A stretch of 64,000 nt of DNA from Ruditapes philippinarum (Eukaryota): positions 62,001-126,000 of the forward strand of contig NW_026859131.1 of the NCBI RefSeq assembly GCF_026571515.1. Direction: 5' to 3'. The position numbers were made by a program, and so were the translations under genes. Under the pieces are notes generated by a model. The model did not search any database, had not been told where the DNA came from, and saw only the letters and a list, made by a program, of their open reading frames with translations. Below are positions 50,746 to 64,000 of this stretch, piece after piece. Positions within the stretch are counted from its first letter, which is position 1, and each line of letters opens with the position of its first letter.

Positions 50746-53116
50746 AGCCAAAATTCTGTTCTAAAGGCATCTCATATCCATCAGATTAATTAGTTAATGT
50801 TTTAATCCTCGGTAAAGATTCAGGGTTATTAATATTTTATTGCATACGCAATATAGAAAGAGAATAAAAACCATTGTCAGTGGCGATAGTTTGGTTGCTA
50901 TTAGCGACGACTCGATTGTTTACTGCAAAAATGGCGGACGAATAAAGACTATATTAATTAGTCAATAGGTTTCTTAAATCTTGTAAGTGTAATGTTTTTG
51001 TTAATAAGCCTTAATTAAAATATGGCAATCCATAAACCTAAGTTTGGCTATCGGGATAATATTTTGTGTCAAACTTATACATATATTTTCAATTTTAACG
51101 TGACGTATGCCAATTAGATTTGTGGTTTATAAATAAAAACAAATTTTTGTAAGATTCTTGTTTATCGCCATTTTTTACACTTCCAGGGGGTGAGTAACCA
51201 GAAACATTCGTTAGAGTTACGATCATCTAAGCTCTAGTTAGTAATTTACCCTCTAATCTAAAAACGTTCGTTATACCAAAAATTCTAACGAAATTGTCGT
51301 TTAATAACGAATACTTCGGAGTACACGTTAGACATTCGCTGAAGGAAAAAAAGACGTATGAAGCTCTTTCAACAAACTTTTTATGAGTACATATTATTTT
51401 TATAGCGTATTTTTTCCTATTTTCCTGATAATAAGTCCTTGATATGGTATTACAATATGTATATGTGCAAAGTTATGTTTTCAGCCAAACATAAATCATT
51501 AATTGTCTAAACGGTATTATCGTAAGGAATAATGACAACAACGACTAAATAGGAGTGACCAATACTGGACAAAGCGTTTATTAAACATATATAAACTCAA
51601 ACGCACATTAGTTTCATCCACGAAGGATGAGTGGTAAATGTGTCAGCGCACTTATGCTCTAATTCAATTCTTTCAACCGAGCATAAATCATTTACAAGCT
51701 TAAGCCCTTCAACTTACATATACTACACTACAACAAAACAAGTAAACACTTTATATGCAATTGGCTAAGAGCGATTGTTCCAGCCGTTTATTTGACGAGT
51801 TTATACATAGAAAGAAACATAATTTATTCGTATCACAACCACTATGACATTATACACAAAAGATTAACAAATGACAGGTTAAACTTAAACTGATTTCGTA
51901 TCATTCAACGAAAAAAAAACAGACAAAAAAACAACAGACAAAAAAAACCAACAAACATATTTTACTCATTAGATGTAATTCGTGACAGTCATTAACTAAC
52001 AAAAATGGAGACCCATACAACAAATAACATAACATCTTTAAATGGAAAATCTAATTCACAAAGAAAACTTGACTGTTAGATACATGTTTTCGGCACATGA
52101 TTAAAGATAATTAGTAATTTGATAAAAATGACCCTGTTACTTTGATTGTTCTACAAAAACAAAAACGAGAAAAAAATACAAGAAAAATGCCTCTTAAATT
52201 TAAATAATAATCACTCCTATATTCAATGTTTGAATTTACAATAAAGTATACACATACAAAAATACAATCATATAATATATTCATGAACTCTTAAATCGGG
52301 ATGCTGCGCGCAGGCCACCCAACCCTAACTCCTTTTACTTATTTTTAGGAGGGGGAGGTGGGAAGTTCCTGTGGCTCAAGACCAACATGGACGTCTTCTC
52401 GTCCCCCGAAACATCTATTTATTTTTTTTAAACAAGCATTCCTGGCATATCATACATCAGAATCTGAAACTAGAAAAACAAGATTGTTTATATGCATTGA
52501 TAAATACTATATTTATACACAATGATTGAAAAAAAAAAGTGTATCTTACGACGTTATAATCTACATAAACTACCGCAATTTTCTAAATATAATGTAAAGT
52601 TAAGATAAAACTCGTCTGAACAGCCGAAAAGCAAATTTTACACACCTATAGTATACCATATACATGTATCATACTTTTCACGTGCACATCCCCGCCAAAA
52701 TTAAACACAGGCGACAATCATAACCCCGCTCAACCATGTACGCGGTAAGTTGCCTGGCAACGTGTGTAAATACATTTATACATTAACAGATTGGGGAAAA
52801 AAACACAAGCATCGCTTAATGCGATAACAATCGCTTAATGCGATAACAGTTCATGAAACCGCTACACAGGTACCGCACAATCACGCGTTAATACTGTCAC
52901 ACTTGAAACAACAGAAAATTGTTTATCTGAAACAGATAAAGATATTGTAATACATGTATATAATCAACAAATATCATTATATGATTCATTAAATTTATAA
53001 GCTAAAAAGGACACTGTTAACGAGCAAATACATACATGTATATGGGACTTGATGGGTGGGACTTATTGTTATTGCGTCTATAGCGTCGAATGATCAAAAC
53101 ACCTATAACACTGGTT

Positions 53117-53839
53117 TATAGTCTGATTTTATTGACCTGTCAATTATGCATACATTATAGAACTCATTTAAATATTCGATCCCACTTCGGTTTGGTCCGT
53201 GTAGTTTACGAGAATTAATGTGGAGTATATTAGTCATGGATTGAAAGTCACGCCAGCTTAATGTGAAGATTTTCGTTAATTCACAATAGTACAGTCGGTT
53301 AAGAGAATGCCTGATAATTTAGAGGTCTGTGGTTCGATCCTTGCTGTTGCCATTGTTTAGTACTCTTTCTTTATTTTTGCCGTATATTTTAATGGGACAG
53401 TTTGTAGTGTGTTTTACAGCATTGGAAAGACATTTATTGATTTAAATCCGTTTTAATTTTAAACATGAATTCTTAAAACATGTTATTTAAAAAGAATATA
53501 GATATAACAAAATTAAGTAAAACATAATAAAACAAAACGAACAACATGAAATAATCATATATAGCTCCAATATTGTTGAAAGTATTAATAAGAAAATAAA
53601 AACATAGACCTACGCGGTCTCGAACTTAAAACACGTGTGGCACTTAGAGTATAAGCTCGTGCTTTACCCTATTGCGCTATAACGCTGAGTACACTTTGTT
53701 GAGAGATACAAATTAAATTAAATTCCATCGTACAGCGTACATCTCACGGAACTTACCGAAAATCTACCGAAGATAAATATACTGTGTGCATCGACGTGTA
53801 ATCAGTATGTAATTGACAGGTTAATAAAACCAAACAATA
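53117..53839. mobile_element. Old inverted-repeat element with two inward-facing tRNA-like segments
   Basis: ~35-bp imperfect TIR (tatagtctgattttattgacctgtcaatta / taattgacaggttaataaaaccaaacaata); A/B-box segments at ~53285..53352 (+) and ~53607..53680 (-). Confidence 0.5.
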
Positions 53840-55014
53840 CGTATACAGTCAGTGCATGGCTCACTGACCATAACCATATAAGTTAAAAATCGGAACACGT
53901 ACGAATATTAACGAACAAAAATAAAAATATTTATTATTATTATTATTTATTATTATTATTATTATTATGACTGCATTCATTTTCAAAATAATAGGTTATT
54001 GTTAAATAATAACAATAATAATAAATGGCGCTATAACGTACTCATTAAACTTGTGTGAAACGATTTTTAGAATAATTCCAAATATATTCAATGTGGTCTT
54101 TATTTATTAAGTCAGGAGAGGCTAACTATATAAGTGATACGTACATTAGAGTGCCAAATTCGTAAAAACAAGTTTGTTTTAGCTGTAAATTATTTGATAA
54201 TTTTGTTATTTTAACCGAACACCTGTAATTAGTTTTCTTGGCTTTCATAGGTTCAAATGTGATTCCTCCTTTGGTGTGATTGGCCGAAATTTCATTGTTT
54301 ATGAAAAAAAGGTGGTCAATCCGATTTTGTAGAATTTTGCAAATTTTCTCATTTTTGGATTGACCTATATAGACAAGTTTGTCGCGCGTTAAGTATCTGT
54401 ACAACTATTGAGTTGGAGTTTATACTATTAAAACGAATCTAACATTTATTTTAATCAATGGTCATGTTAAATGATATTTCCTCAAAATATGTCTATAAGT
54501 AAAACATATCCATGTACTTACATATACTGACTGACATTCTAACAAATAAATACTAGGATAAGACCTAAATAAGCACCAGTTTTCGGTTCTTAACCTTTAT
54601 CTTTTCATTCATGTGATGTAAAGTTTTATTTTTAAATTGTAAATGTGTATACTTGTTTCAATTTAAACTGTTATTCTACTACGCCAATGATTATAACCCG
54701 ATACATTGATTCAATTCGATAGAAGGTAAAACAGACAATGATCAGTAAAAACTGAAACAATAGAACGTATATCGTTCTACAAAAGCTATTCACAATGTTC
54801 AAGATTTCAATAAAAGACTAATACGTTTTACCCAAAACAAACGTGCTGTTTTTAGCAAAATAAAAAATAAATAAATAAAAAAAATGTGATATTTTACTGT
54901 CGTATTGTGAAAATCTATTTAATATAAGTACTTAAGTATTCAAGTAGAATTTATATTATGATATAATCATAACGTTACAGAAAATAAATGAAGAACAAAC
55001 AATTTTAATAAAAA

Positions 55015-58000
55015 ATGGCGTTTAATGCTAGAAAGTTGGAGATTATATTAAAGGAAGTGAATGCAGATCTTGTTAAAGAAGGTGTTTTGGCAGAGAGAGT
55101 GACACAAGATATATGGACAAAGCTAATGTCTAACCTGACACAAGTATTATTTTTGTTATCTTTTTTTCCAGTTTTTGGTGTTAAAGAAAATGCTTTATGC
55201 TTCATTGTTAACATCTTTAAAAGATATGAAGATATTTCAGAAAGAAAAAAATTACCTCGGATATCTAAGGTCACTTTCGTATTAAAAGAAAACGCTTACT
55301 TGTAAGTCATGCTTACTTTTTTGGTAAGACATGATAAAAGGCATATCTAGTACATCACCAAAATATTAATAGCAAATGCAAGTAAATGTAGCCAGTTTAA
55401 GAAAGTTCAGTCGTTCAAATAATTTTCGAACTTTTGATTTTGACAAAGTAAGTTTACTTTATTTGCGTAATGATGATTACAGGGAGAATACACAATGGCT
55501 ATTCCGATAAGGAAAGATTTACAAATACACGTGAGGAAAAAGCGACAGAATAAAATGTACACTTTTAATAAAATCATACACAGACTTGATGAAATCTTAG
55601 ACAGATATGTGAGTAGAAACATTATCTTTCATGTCTCAATGATTTAAAAGATACTTCATATTTGATCGCTTTTATTTTCAATATTTCGTTTCTTTTTGAT
55701 CTAATGAAATTTAGAAAATGTGATTCACCATTTCTCTGCATTGATGAGTATAAATTAGGAAAAATTAACAAATAATAACTTATTTGTTTTTTAATATGAA
55801 ATTAAAAAGCTACAAATAAAAGCTTAAATAACTTGATTACATGTATATGTTAGCGAAATTGGTATTTCTCTATATGCAAATTTAAAAAAATCTATTTTTC
55901 AAATTGCATAAAATAAAAATCTTTTTTATTATACATATAACTTGTTGAAGAAAATAAGGTCATTTTCGACGGACAAACACACATACATATACTTGTACAT
56001 TCGTGTTCGTATTGTATTAATAATGATTCGGTTTGTAGCCTACTTATAACAAAAAACATAATCTTTTGCTTTATTTGATTTTTTTTAACGCTGCAAAAGA
56101 CATTTTAACACAATGACATATTCACGGTGCTATCCTGGTGGATTGCTATTCTGTGGGATCATACCGTTGTCTCGATAATATCGAGCGAAAAAATCCATCA
56201 GAATAGTACACCTATTCGTTCCTATCTGTATTATGATCAATTAAGTTGACATCAACAGATCCCTCCGCCGGTCCTTATTGATGACAAAAATGAGAAGTGG
56301 GAGAAACAGGGGAAACAGAATTCAGTGAAATCTGTGAAGATAAAAGTACCAGCGGAAACTATACCCACATTGTAAGTTTTTATTGATATGATTGTAAGTT
56401 TTTATTGATATGAGTCATTTGTTGTTACACGTTGTTAATACTTTAAAATGTCTTTGCTTTTGTTTAAAGCTGTATAAAACATCATAAAAGCAGACATATG
56501 AAATCAATATAGAGCAAGGCAAGCACATCAATCATTTGTCTGTATTTCGTGAAAAAATGTTGATTGACTGTTCCAATGGGCACTCATACAGTACATTTAT
56601 ATCGTGAAAATTTACATGCAGTCAAATACTTAAAAACCGGGCTCTGTGAATTTTTCTATATTTCATAAACAACTTATCATTATTACAACCTAGCATGAGA
56701 TAACAGAAATAAATGTTAACATCCAATCATTTACCTTAACACAATAGTAGTTCTTTATTGTGTGTTGTGATAATATTATAATGAAGAAATCGTCTACATT
56801 AATTCTAGAGAATCGATGTCTGATAAAATGAAAGCCATGAACGAGGAAACAAAGCGCATTCACTCATCAATCCGCAATATGAACATGCAGATAAAGAGGT
56901 AACCCCTTTTTTCATGATTTATTTATATATAATTAGTTCAACTAATTACACTTGTCAAAGAGACATCAAAATACATTTTGGACGGGCTTTAATTTGTCTT
57001 TTCCAATAACGGTGTGACAGCAGGAAAAACAACAAAATCTGTTAAATGGATCAAACCGTTCAAAATAGGCTAACTTACAAAGTGTTACAGTGTCAAGAAA
57101 GATAACTTATATTATTGGCGTCCGCGCCGAAGCGCGGCGCTCTTATGGAATGAGATCAGATTTTGTGAAAGGGCGACAGCAACTTCTCGAGCCTTTTAGT
57201 CGGTCATAATAAAAGCCGATAATTCCGATCGGTATGAGGGTGCTTGATTATTAAATAAGAATGAAATGTCGCGATATGTTACAATGAATTTTCGCAATGC
57301 AAACATTTTCAAATGAAATAACCTTTTCCGTCAATAAATCGCGCTCTTCGGGATTTTTTATTTATCATTTTGTAGTACACAGTCGGTTATCATGGTATGT
57401 TATTGTTGTACATGTATCCTAGAATGATCAGTTGATGACCTAAATATTCCAAAAACCTATTTATAGATATATCTTTTTATCACTCCTATCGGTAAATGCC
57501 GGTCTCTCCCGGTCTATTTTGACCAGGATTTACTAGTGACCGGCGAATAGTACCACACGTTTATTGTCCGGTCTCTCCCGGTTTTGGAGTAGATGTTTGA
57601 TATCGTTACAATTAGAAAAAAACAACAATAGCATGTTTCATTTTATCTATATGAGATAAAAACAATAAATATGTACACGGATTTATATGTAATATAAATC
57701 CGTGATATGTACAATAATTGAGAAAAAGGTACATTTTTTATGGTATTAAAATGACATTATCAACTTTGAAACATTTTATTTAATTATTCAATTTGTTATC
57801 CGTGTTTAGTAAAGATGCCGAGGAATTATTCAAAGTTACAAATTAGATTTTATGAATTATTCAATTGATCGATAATTTAAAAAATGATAAAGAAAAATAC
57901 GTGTGGTACGTGTTGATCATGCGTTACACATATGGATTATAAATGATTGCATACATGTATATCCGTTGCTATTAATAACCACGATCATAAAGAAATAACA

Positions 58001-61000
58001 AGTAATATTCTAATCTCTAGCATGCCAATCAAAGTTCATAATGAACAATGTCTTTCGTCCGCTCATTCATAAGTGGTATACATTTCTGGTAGTTTATAAG
58101 AATATCTTGTCATCATATGTGTACTAGTTCATCTTCACTTGCTGCATTTCTTGCTTGGACGCCCTTTGATGCTTTGCATCAATGCTTTTCTTGTACATGT
58201 ATGTAATGTAGTAATTTTTCAGACTGGTAATTGTGTTACTTCCCTTTTATTGACATATTTAAATTGCTATGGAGTATAATTATAATACATGTGCCTCACT
58301 GAATGTTACAGTATTCACAGATAAAATAAATAAAATAACTACACATGGTGTACTATTAATTGTGCATCATTGTTTACTTTATGTTTAGTTTGAGGGATTT
58401 TTTTTTCCACACCAAATTTAAACATGTAATGAAATATACATGATTCATATACATGATAACATAAACACTTCACTTGAGAGGGCCTATGTACCACCCGCTT
58501 TTAAAAGTTCTAGAGTCAGACCTTTAATCAAAAAGTCAGGGTTGGATCAAGAGGTTATGAAAAACTACCGGCCTGTATCTAATTTACCGTTTGTCTCCAA
58601 AATTCTCGAGAAAGTTGTCGATTCCCAAACTTGAAAGACACCTATCTCTGCACATAAACTTCATGAAGAGCGTCAGTCTGCTTAATTATAGGCAGTTTCA
58701 TTCAACAGAATCTGCTCTATTATGTGTACAAAATGACATTCTCCGCTCTCTTGATCAGAATGAAGCTACTGTTCTTGTATTGTTGGACTTATCTGCTGCT
58801 TTTGATACGATCGACCATAGTACCCTCCTTTGCCGGCTCGAACAACACTTCGGAATAGTAGGCAAATCTTTACAATGGATGAAATCATATATGTGTGAGC
58901 GTCATCAAACTGTCTTCGCCAATGGTGAACTGTCAAAACCTGTACGTATGACATTTTCTGTTCCACAAGGGTCCATGTACACCAAACATGTGGGCGCAAT
59001 CTATCAGAAGCATAAACTACAACATCATTTCAACGCTGACGATTCGCAATTGTACATGGCATTTAAACCAAAGGAAGCCATTTCACAAATTGAGACCTTG
59101 CGACGGATTGAAGCATACCTGAATGACATCATACTATGGATGAATAATAACTTTCTGAAACTCAATGCGGACAAAACAGAGGTGATCGTCTTTGTACCAA
59201 AACGAAGTGAAATTGAAGATCTTAATGTAAGTGTCGGTGATTCTGTAATAAAATCATCAACAACAGTAAGAAACCTTGGCGCCGTATTGGACTCTCATTT
59301 AGACATGGAACAACATGTGAACTCAGTTTCTCGTTCATGCTCCATGAAAATACGACAAATAGGTCAAATTCGGAAATACTTGACTGTTGATTCAACCAGA
59401 ACCGTGATAAACTCGTTAGTGACATCAAAATTAGATTACTGTAATTCGTTGCTATATGGATCTCCAAAGAACGTTCTCAACAAGCTCCAAAATGTTCAAA
59501 ATACGGCTGCTCGTGTTATTACCAGGGCACCGCGAAACTGCCACATAACCTTTAAAGGAACTATATTGGCTTCCTGTGCACATCAGAGTCGAGTACAAAC
59601 TCCTTACATATGTGTTTAAGGCGCTTCATGGATAGGCACCTACGTACATACGAAACATGCTAGAAATTTATACCCCATCCAGACAACTAAGGTCCCAGAA
59701 TAATTGCTTAGCACTTGTTGTTCCGCGTAGTAGGACTGTGACTTATGGTGATAAACTCTGGAATGCCCTACCTAGAACACTTAAAGTTAAAAGCTGTGAA
59801 ACTCTAACAGTGTTTAAGAGAGCACTTAAAACTCACTTATTTAAGAGGTTTTATTTAGACTGATTATGTTTTAGGTTCTTACCTGAATTTTATATTTTAT
59901 GTGGGTCCTTTTAACTTTTTTAAAATACATTTGATTTGAATTTGTGACTTGAGCAATATTGATGTTTTAATTTATTTTTTCTTTTAAATATTGTATCATT
60001 TATTTGGTTATATTGTACAGTACTTTTAAACGTGTCAATGTGCATGGAAAAAAGTGCTTAAGAAGTTTGGTATTTAATAATAATAATAATAATGATTATA
60101 TATACATCAGTTCAGTAGGTTTTAAAGTTACGTACAATGCATTGGTCTAGAACATATTATACAGTATTTATGTGGTGGTGAAGGACGTAAAAACCTACAT
60201 ATTTTTAGTGTCTACGCAGAACTTTGTGTCTGGACTAACTATAATGCAAACCCAAACTATGCTGCAATGTCCATAACAAAATGGAATGCAACTAGTAATA
60301 ATCGCACATTCGGCTTTTTCAATCTGATTTTGCCACGTTACATTCAGATTTAGGACTTGAAAGCAAAAGCAACCGGTAGATGAGAATGCCTACCAGTTAT
60401 ACATCAATCGTATTTTGATAATATCAACTGTCGATATGCCGAACAGAAGCAACGATTGGAACCCAGGCTAGTCACGATAATGTAGAGAGTGAATTCCATG
60501 CTGTAATGGAATGTTCTGTGTGTGTAAAAATATTTGTTAATCAAAGGGCTGCAAGGTCTATGGTATTTTCTGATCTTTGCAATCTAAATCGTACTGTATA
60601 TCTGTATGTATTTTCCTGTATAAGTTTATTTTTATATACTATAATTCATCTTACAGGGCACCGAGATGCAGCGACTACGTTTAGATTTTTTACTAGAACA
60701 GTTTGAGTTTGATACATACGGAATTTTGGATGACTAGAGTTGCATCAAATACCAATTATGTTCATTTTTATGACAAATCCTTGCATATCGTGGCTACATC
60801 CTTAAAAAAGACACTTAAAGAAATGCCTCGACTGGGATTTGAACCTCTCATACCCTAAACGAGCGCGTTACCCCTGCACTACCGGGAAGTTACACGAAGA
60901 AAGCCTGAATAAAATCAAATAATTCTAAATTTAGAATTTCCATTTCGGGGTTTGTAAAACTTATTATTTCGAGGTATTTTGTTCACGATAAAACTGTTGT

Positions 61001-62071
61001 TTAACACTGATGTTAATAATTTAGCGGAAAACTTCTTGCCAAAACGGTCCGACATGTATATATTCCACTCTACTCGACAGTCAGATTTAATTGTGTACTA
61101 CGCTGGTAATCGACATCGCTAAAAATAGCATTTTCGTTGATTAAAATGATATTCATCCGTGTAATTTGTGATTGTGCATTTATTGACAATTCTATAAGCC
61201 AACTCTACTTTTAAACTTTGAATGCGTTGTAATTTGTTGGATACTTGTAACATCTTTCTATTACATCGCTAGTTTTAAGCTGTTTTGGGAACTAAGAGAT
61301 TGAATGTCAGCATTGTATTTTCAGATCTGCGATCAGAAAATACAAAAAACACAATTTAGTATTTGACAACTATTACTAAGTTCATATTTTTGTTTTTAAA
61401 TCAGAGTTGTGCAAGGTTTATTGTCTAAACCTACTTTGGTATAATAAAATATTTTACATACCCTTAAAATATTGAATCATTCTATTTAAAGTTAGATTTT
61501 TAAGATACTGTATCAGGAAGAGTATTTAGAATTATAATTCAACGAGTATTTTATTTTGATTTTATGAGTATTGTATTGATCTTAAGACAACTTTTGAGAG
61601 TTTTCAATATTTTTGACCCCCCCCCTCCTTTTTACCCAAGCAAATAGAATATTTGAGATAGAGTAAAAAACATCAACAACAGTTCATTATCTATCAATGT
61701 AATACATATTTTAACAATGATAAGCTCTTATCTTCTTAAAGTCTCTTATATTACATCTTATAGATTGAAGTTTTGCATATGATGCCACAGATACTGAATC
61801 TTAAATGCCGTTTATAAACTCTATTAATTGTGTTGTATATGTTGTATATGGATTGTGTACTGTGTTGACAAGTTTGGATCGAAGTAAGATAAATATAATA
61901 CTTCAAAGGTATTTTGTTATTAAGATTGCATTGTAATGTGTATTACCTGTTATGATATGTATTACGACTTTTATTTAGAGACGGTGAAGAAATTGATGAC
62001 AGTGGCATGTCATACAACAGAGCTATATTATCAGAGACTTTAAACAAAGACGAACCTAATGGGAGAAGTAG
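55015..62071 (+). CDS. Gene E: 5' part of a tandem paralog of gene D (likely Mieap-like), probably continuing beyond the window
   Basis: Exons 55015-55143, 55483-55608, 56259-56371, 56809-56898, 61979-62071 (phases 0,0,2,2,2 as in gene D). [34 protein letters not shown] aligns with gene D KLIDLVTISVEDKLDSNGALRNVAVKDAWQRLRQN. Other exons may have been missed. Confidence 0.65.
58455..60091 (+). mobile_element. 5'-truncated dead L2/CR1-group LINE (reverse transcriptase), intronic in gene E
   Basis: [33 protein letters not shown] (VLGP deleted), NADD for [22 protein letters not shown]; frameshifts; (TAA)n tail; imperfect TSD atgattcatatacat (58440..58454) / atgattatatatacat (60092..60107). Confidence 0.92.
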
Positions 62072-62429
62072 GTAAGTTTGCACTTTAACATAGCATTTAC
62101 ATTTATTTATATTTTTATTTTACAAATGCAACCAAAACATTAATCATAAAAGTCATATAGAAGAATATTTGATTAGGAAATAGAATTGTTCACCATTTAA
62201 AAGTGAGGTCAAGGAATTCTAATGAGTTCAACAAGGGTCTTCTTTTCATATATTAGATTTTCAGTAATTTATGTCACTCGGCTTAAATACTCATTATCTT
62301 CAATAAGTTAATTTCGATTCTACATTTGTTTGTAACTCTTGAGATACCTTACTCTTACTCACCTAAGTACATATATGTGATAATAAAGAGTAAGGTATCT
62401 AAAACAAAATTAAGGGGATGTAGAAATTA

Positions 62430-64000
62430 ACTTTTTCTGGACGGCAGCGTCCATTTTTTGTCCGGAGCATATCTCTCTACACGCATAGAAGTATTTTTAT
62501 GAAACTTCATAGAAATGTTCACCACAATCCGTGTCGCGCGCATAAATCAGGCCTCTAGGTCAAAGGTCAATGTCACACTTAGAGGTCATTGAAAAACGCT
62601 TGTCCGGTGCAAAACTTCTACATGCATTGAGGGATTTTAATATAACTTGGTACAAATGTTCAGCATTGTAAGGCAGAGTGTTGCTTGCAAAATTTAGATC
62701 CCTTTGACCGAGGTCAAGGTCACACATAGGGTTCAAAGTTCAGATAATAATATGAAAATGTGTATTCAGACCATTTAGTCACCATTTATTGAGGCACAAA
62801 TGTTCATTATTATGACTTCTATAGTGAACCATGTAATTTAGTTTAATATATGGAAGGTCAAGGTCACTTAAGATTATAGTCAAGGTAGCTAAAGATGATC
62901 AAATATGGAGATTTTGCGACGGGCATATTTGCTACACATATGGAGGGATTCTAATGAAGCTTCATACAAATTTTCAAATTGAGAGATTGAAACACAAATG
63001 ATCATTATCATAACTACTGGTGTGAAACACGTAATTAAGGTTAATATATGAAAGGTCAAGGGTCACTTAAGATGTTAAAATATAGAAATTGTGTCCGTAT
63101 CTCCTCCACACCTCCTCCTACCGTGTGATTCTAATGGAACTTGAAATGAAATGTTCACCAGTATGAGAAACAGTGTCACGTGCATGAATCAGGTATCTAG
63201 GTTAAAGGTTAAGTTCATATTTAGAGGTCATTGCAAATGCTTGCTCGGAGCCGAAATTCTACATTTTTCGGGGGATTTTGATGTAGCTTGGCACAAATGT
63301 TCACCATTGTAAGGCTTATTGCGTCCCTGTATTTTTCAATTTTATTAGATCTGTCTAGTCACACTTGTTGTTTTGTCCAAGTATGAATCCTTTCCATAAA
63401 TAAATGACACAGTTAAGAAAATATAATCAAAATTCAATCATTTGACAATCAAGGTCATTTAAAGGTCAATGTCATATCTAAATTATTCCACATATCTTTT
63501 TGATCTGTCCACATATGAATCAAATCCGTATATAAGTAACAAAATAATGACAATTTAACCAGATTTCAATAATTGACCTTGTTATTTTTGTCAAAAGGTT
63601 GTTTTGTCAAAGTATGAAGATAATCCATTTATCAATTACCAAGTTACGGTCAGTGAAAATTCAATAATGTATTGTATTTGAGCTTAATATACACGAATGT
63701 CATATCCTAAAGAATGTTCTGTTATTATATGAAGGCAATCCATTCAATAATGACAAAGTTATAGCCAAAAAACAGCAAATAAAATGAAAAATTCAATAAA
63801 TTGACCTTCAATGCCAAGGTCATTTACGAGTGAAGGTCAATGTCTCTCTATTAACATGAATGTCTATCCTTAAAGATTATTTTGTTCAAGTTTGAAGACA
63901 ATCCATTCAAAAATGACAAAGTTATAGCCACTTATAGCAACAAAAAAAAAACAAGCAAAATTTAGACTTTTCAATGTCCTTTATGAATGAAGGTCAAAGT
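62430..64000. repeat. Degenerate tandem-unit repeat of the ggtcaaaggtcaa type (satellite/HINE-like), more than one block
   Basis: Recurring tgtccggagcata...gaaactt...aaatgttcacca...aggtcaaggtcacactt units of ~130-150 bp to ~63320; related caaagtatgaag...aatcc...aaagttatagcc units after that. Confidence 0.7.

Noticed and set aside
53281-53352. Functional tRNA gene
   Set aside because: A/B-box-like motifs are present but the acceptor and anticodon stems do not pair; treated as repeat-derived.
55144-55305. Remainder of the 96-aa ORF at 55015
   Set aside because: Read-through into an intron after the CAA|gtatt donor; homology to gene D resumes at 55483.
57810-57905. Candidate extra exon of gene E
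   Set aside because: In-frame stop (TAG) in the required phase-2 frame.
60348-60502. Candidate exon of gene E
   Set aside because: Stops in all frames from the available acceptors.

Overview
AT-rich, intron-containing animal DNA. The repeat families and Mieap-like genes suggest a bivalve mollusc (inference). Left to right: (1) a full-length ~11-kb Ty3/Gypsy LTR retrotransposon on the minus strand (620..11614). It has apparently identical 589-bp LTRs, a 4-bp TSD, a tRNA-His-type PBS, a PPT, heavily frameshifted gag/pol and a large extra region after integrase. Its LTRs also carry tandem copies of the 5' end of the same tRNA-His and a perfect complement of the PPT. (2) A cluster of nested MITE/hairpin repeats. 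(3) A head-to-head pair of paralogous type I membrane-protein genes (A minus 26563..17601; B plus 28575..34401) with matching intron phases, a Cys-rich ectodomain, shared promoter motifs and unrelated cytoplasmic tails, plus the orphan terminal exon of a third membrane protein beside an assembly gap. (4) Two tandem paralogous coiled-coil genes, the first with a Mieap/SPATA18-type C-terminal domain. (5) SINE, LINE and satellite remnants. Several intervals (retroelement interior, ~32.9-33.7 kb, the poly-C tract) look like low-quality consensus, so frameshifts there may be artefacts. All calls were made by eye; no database searches were run.
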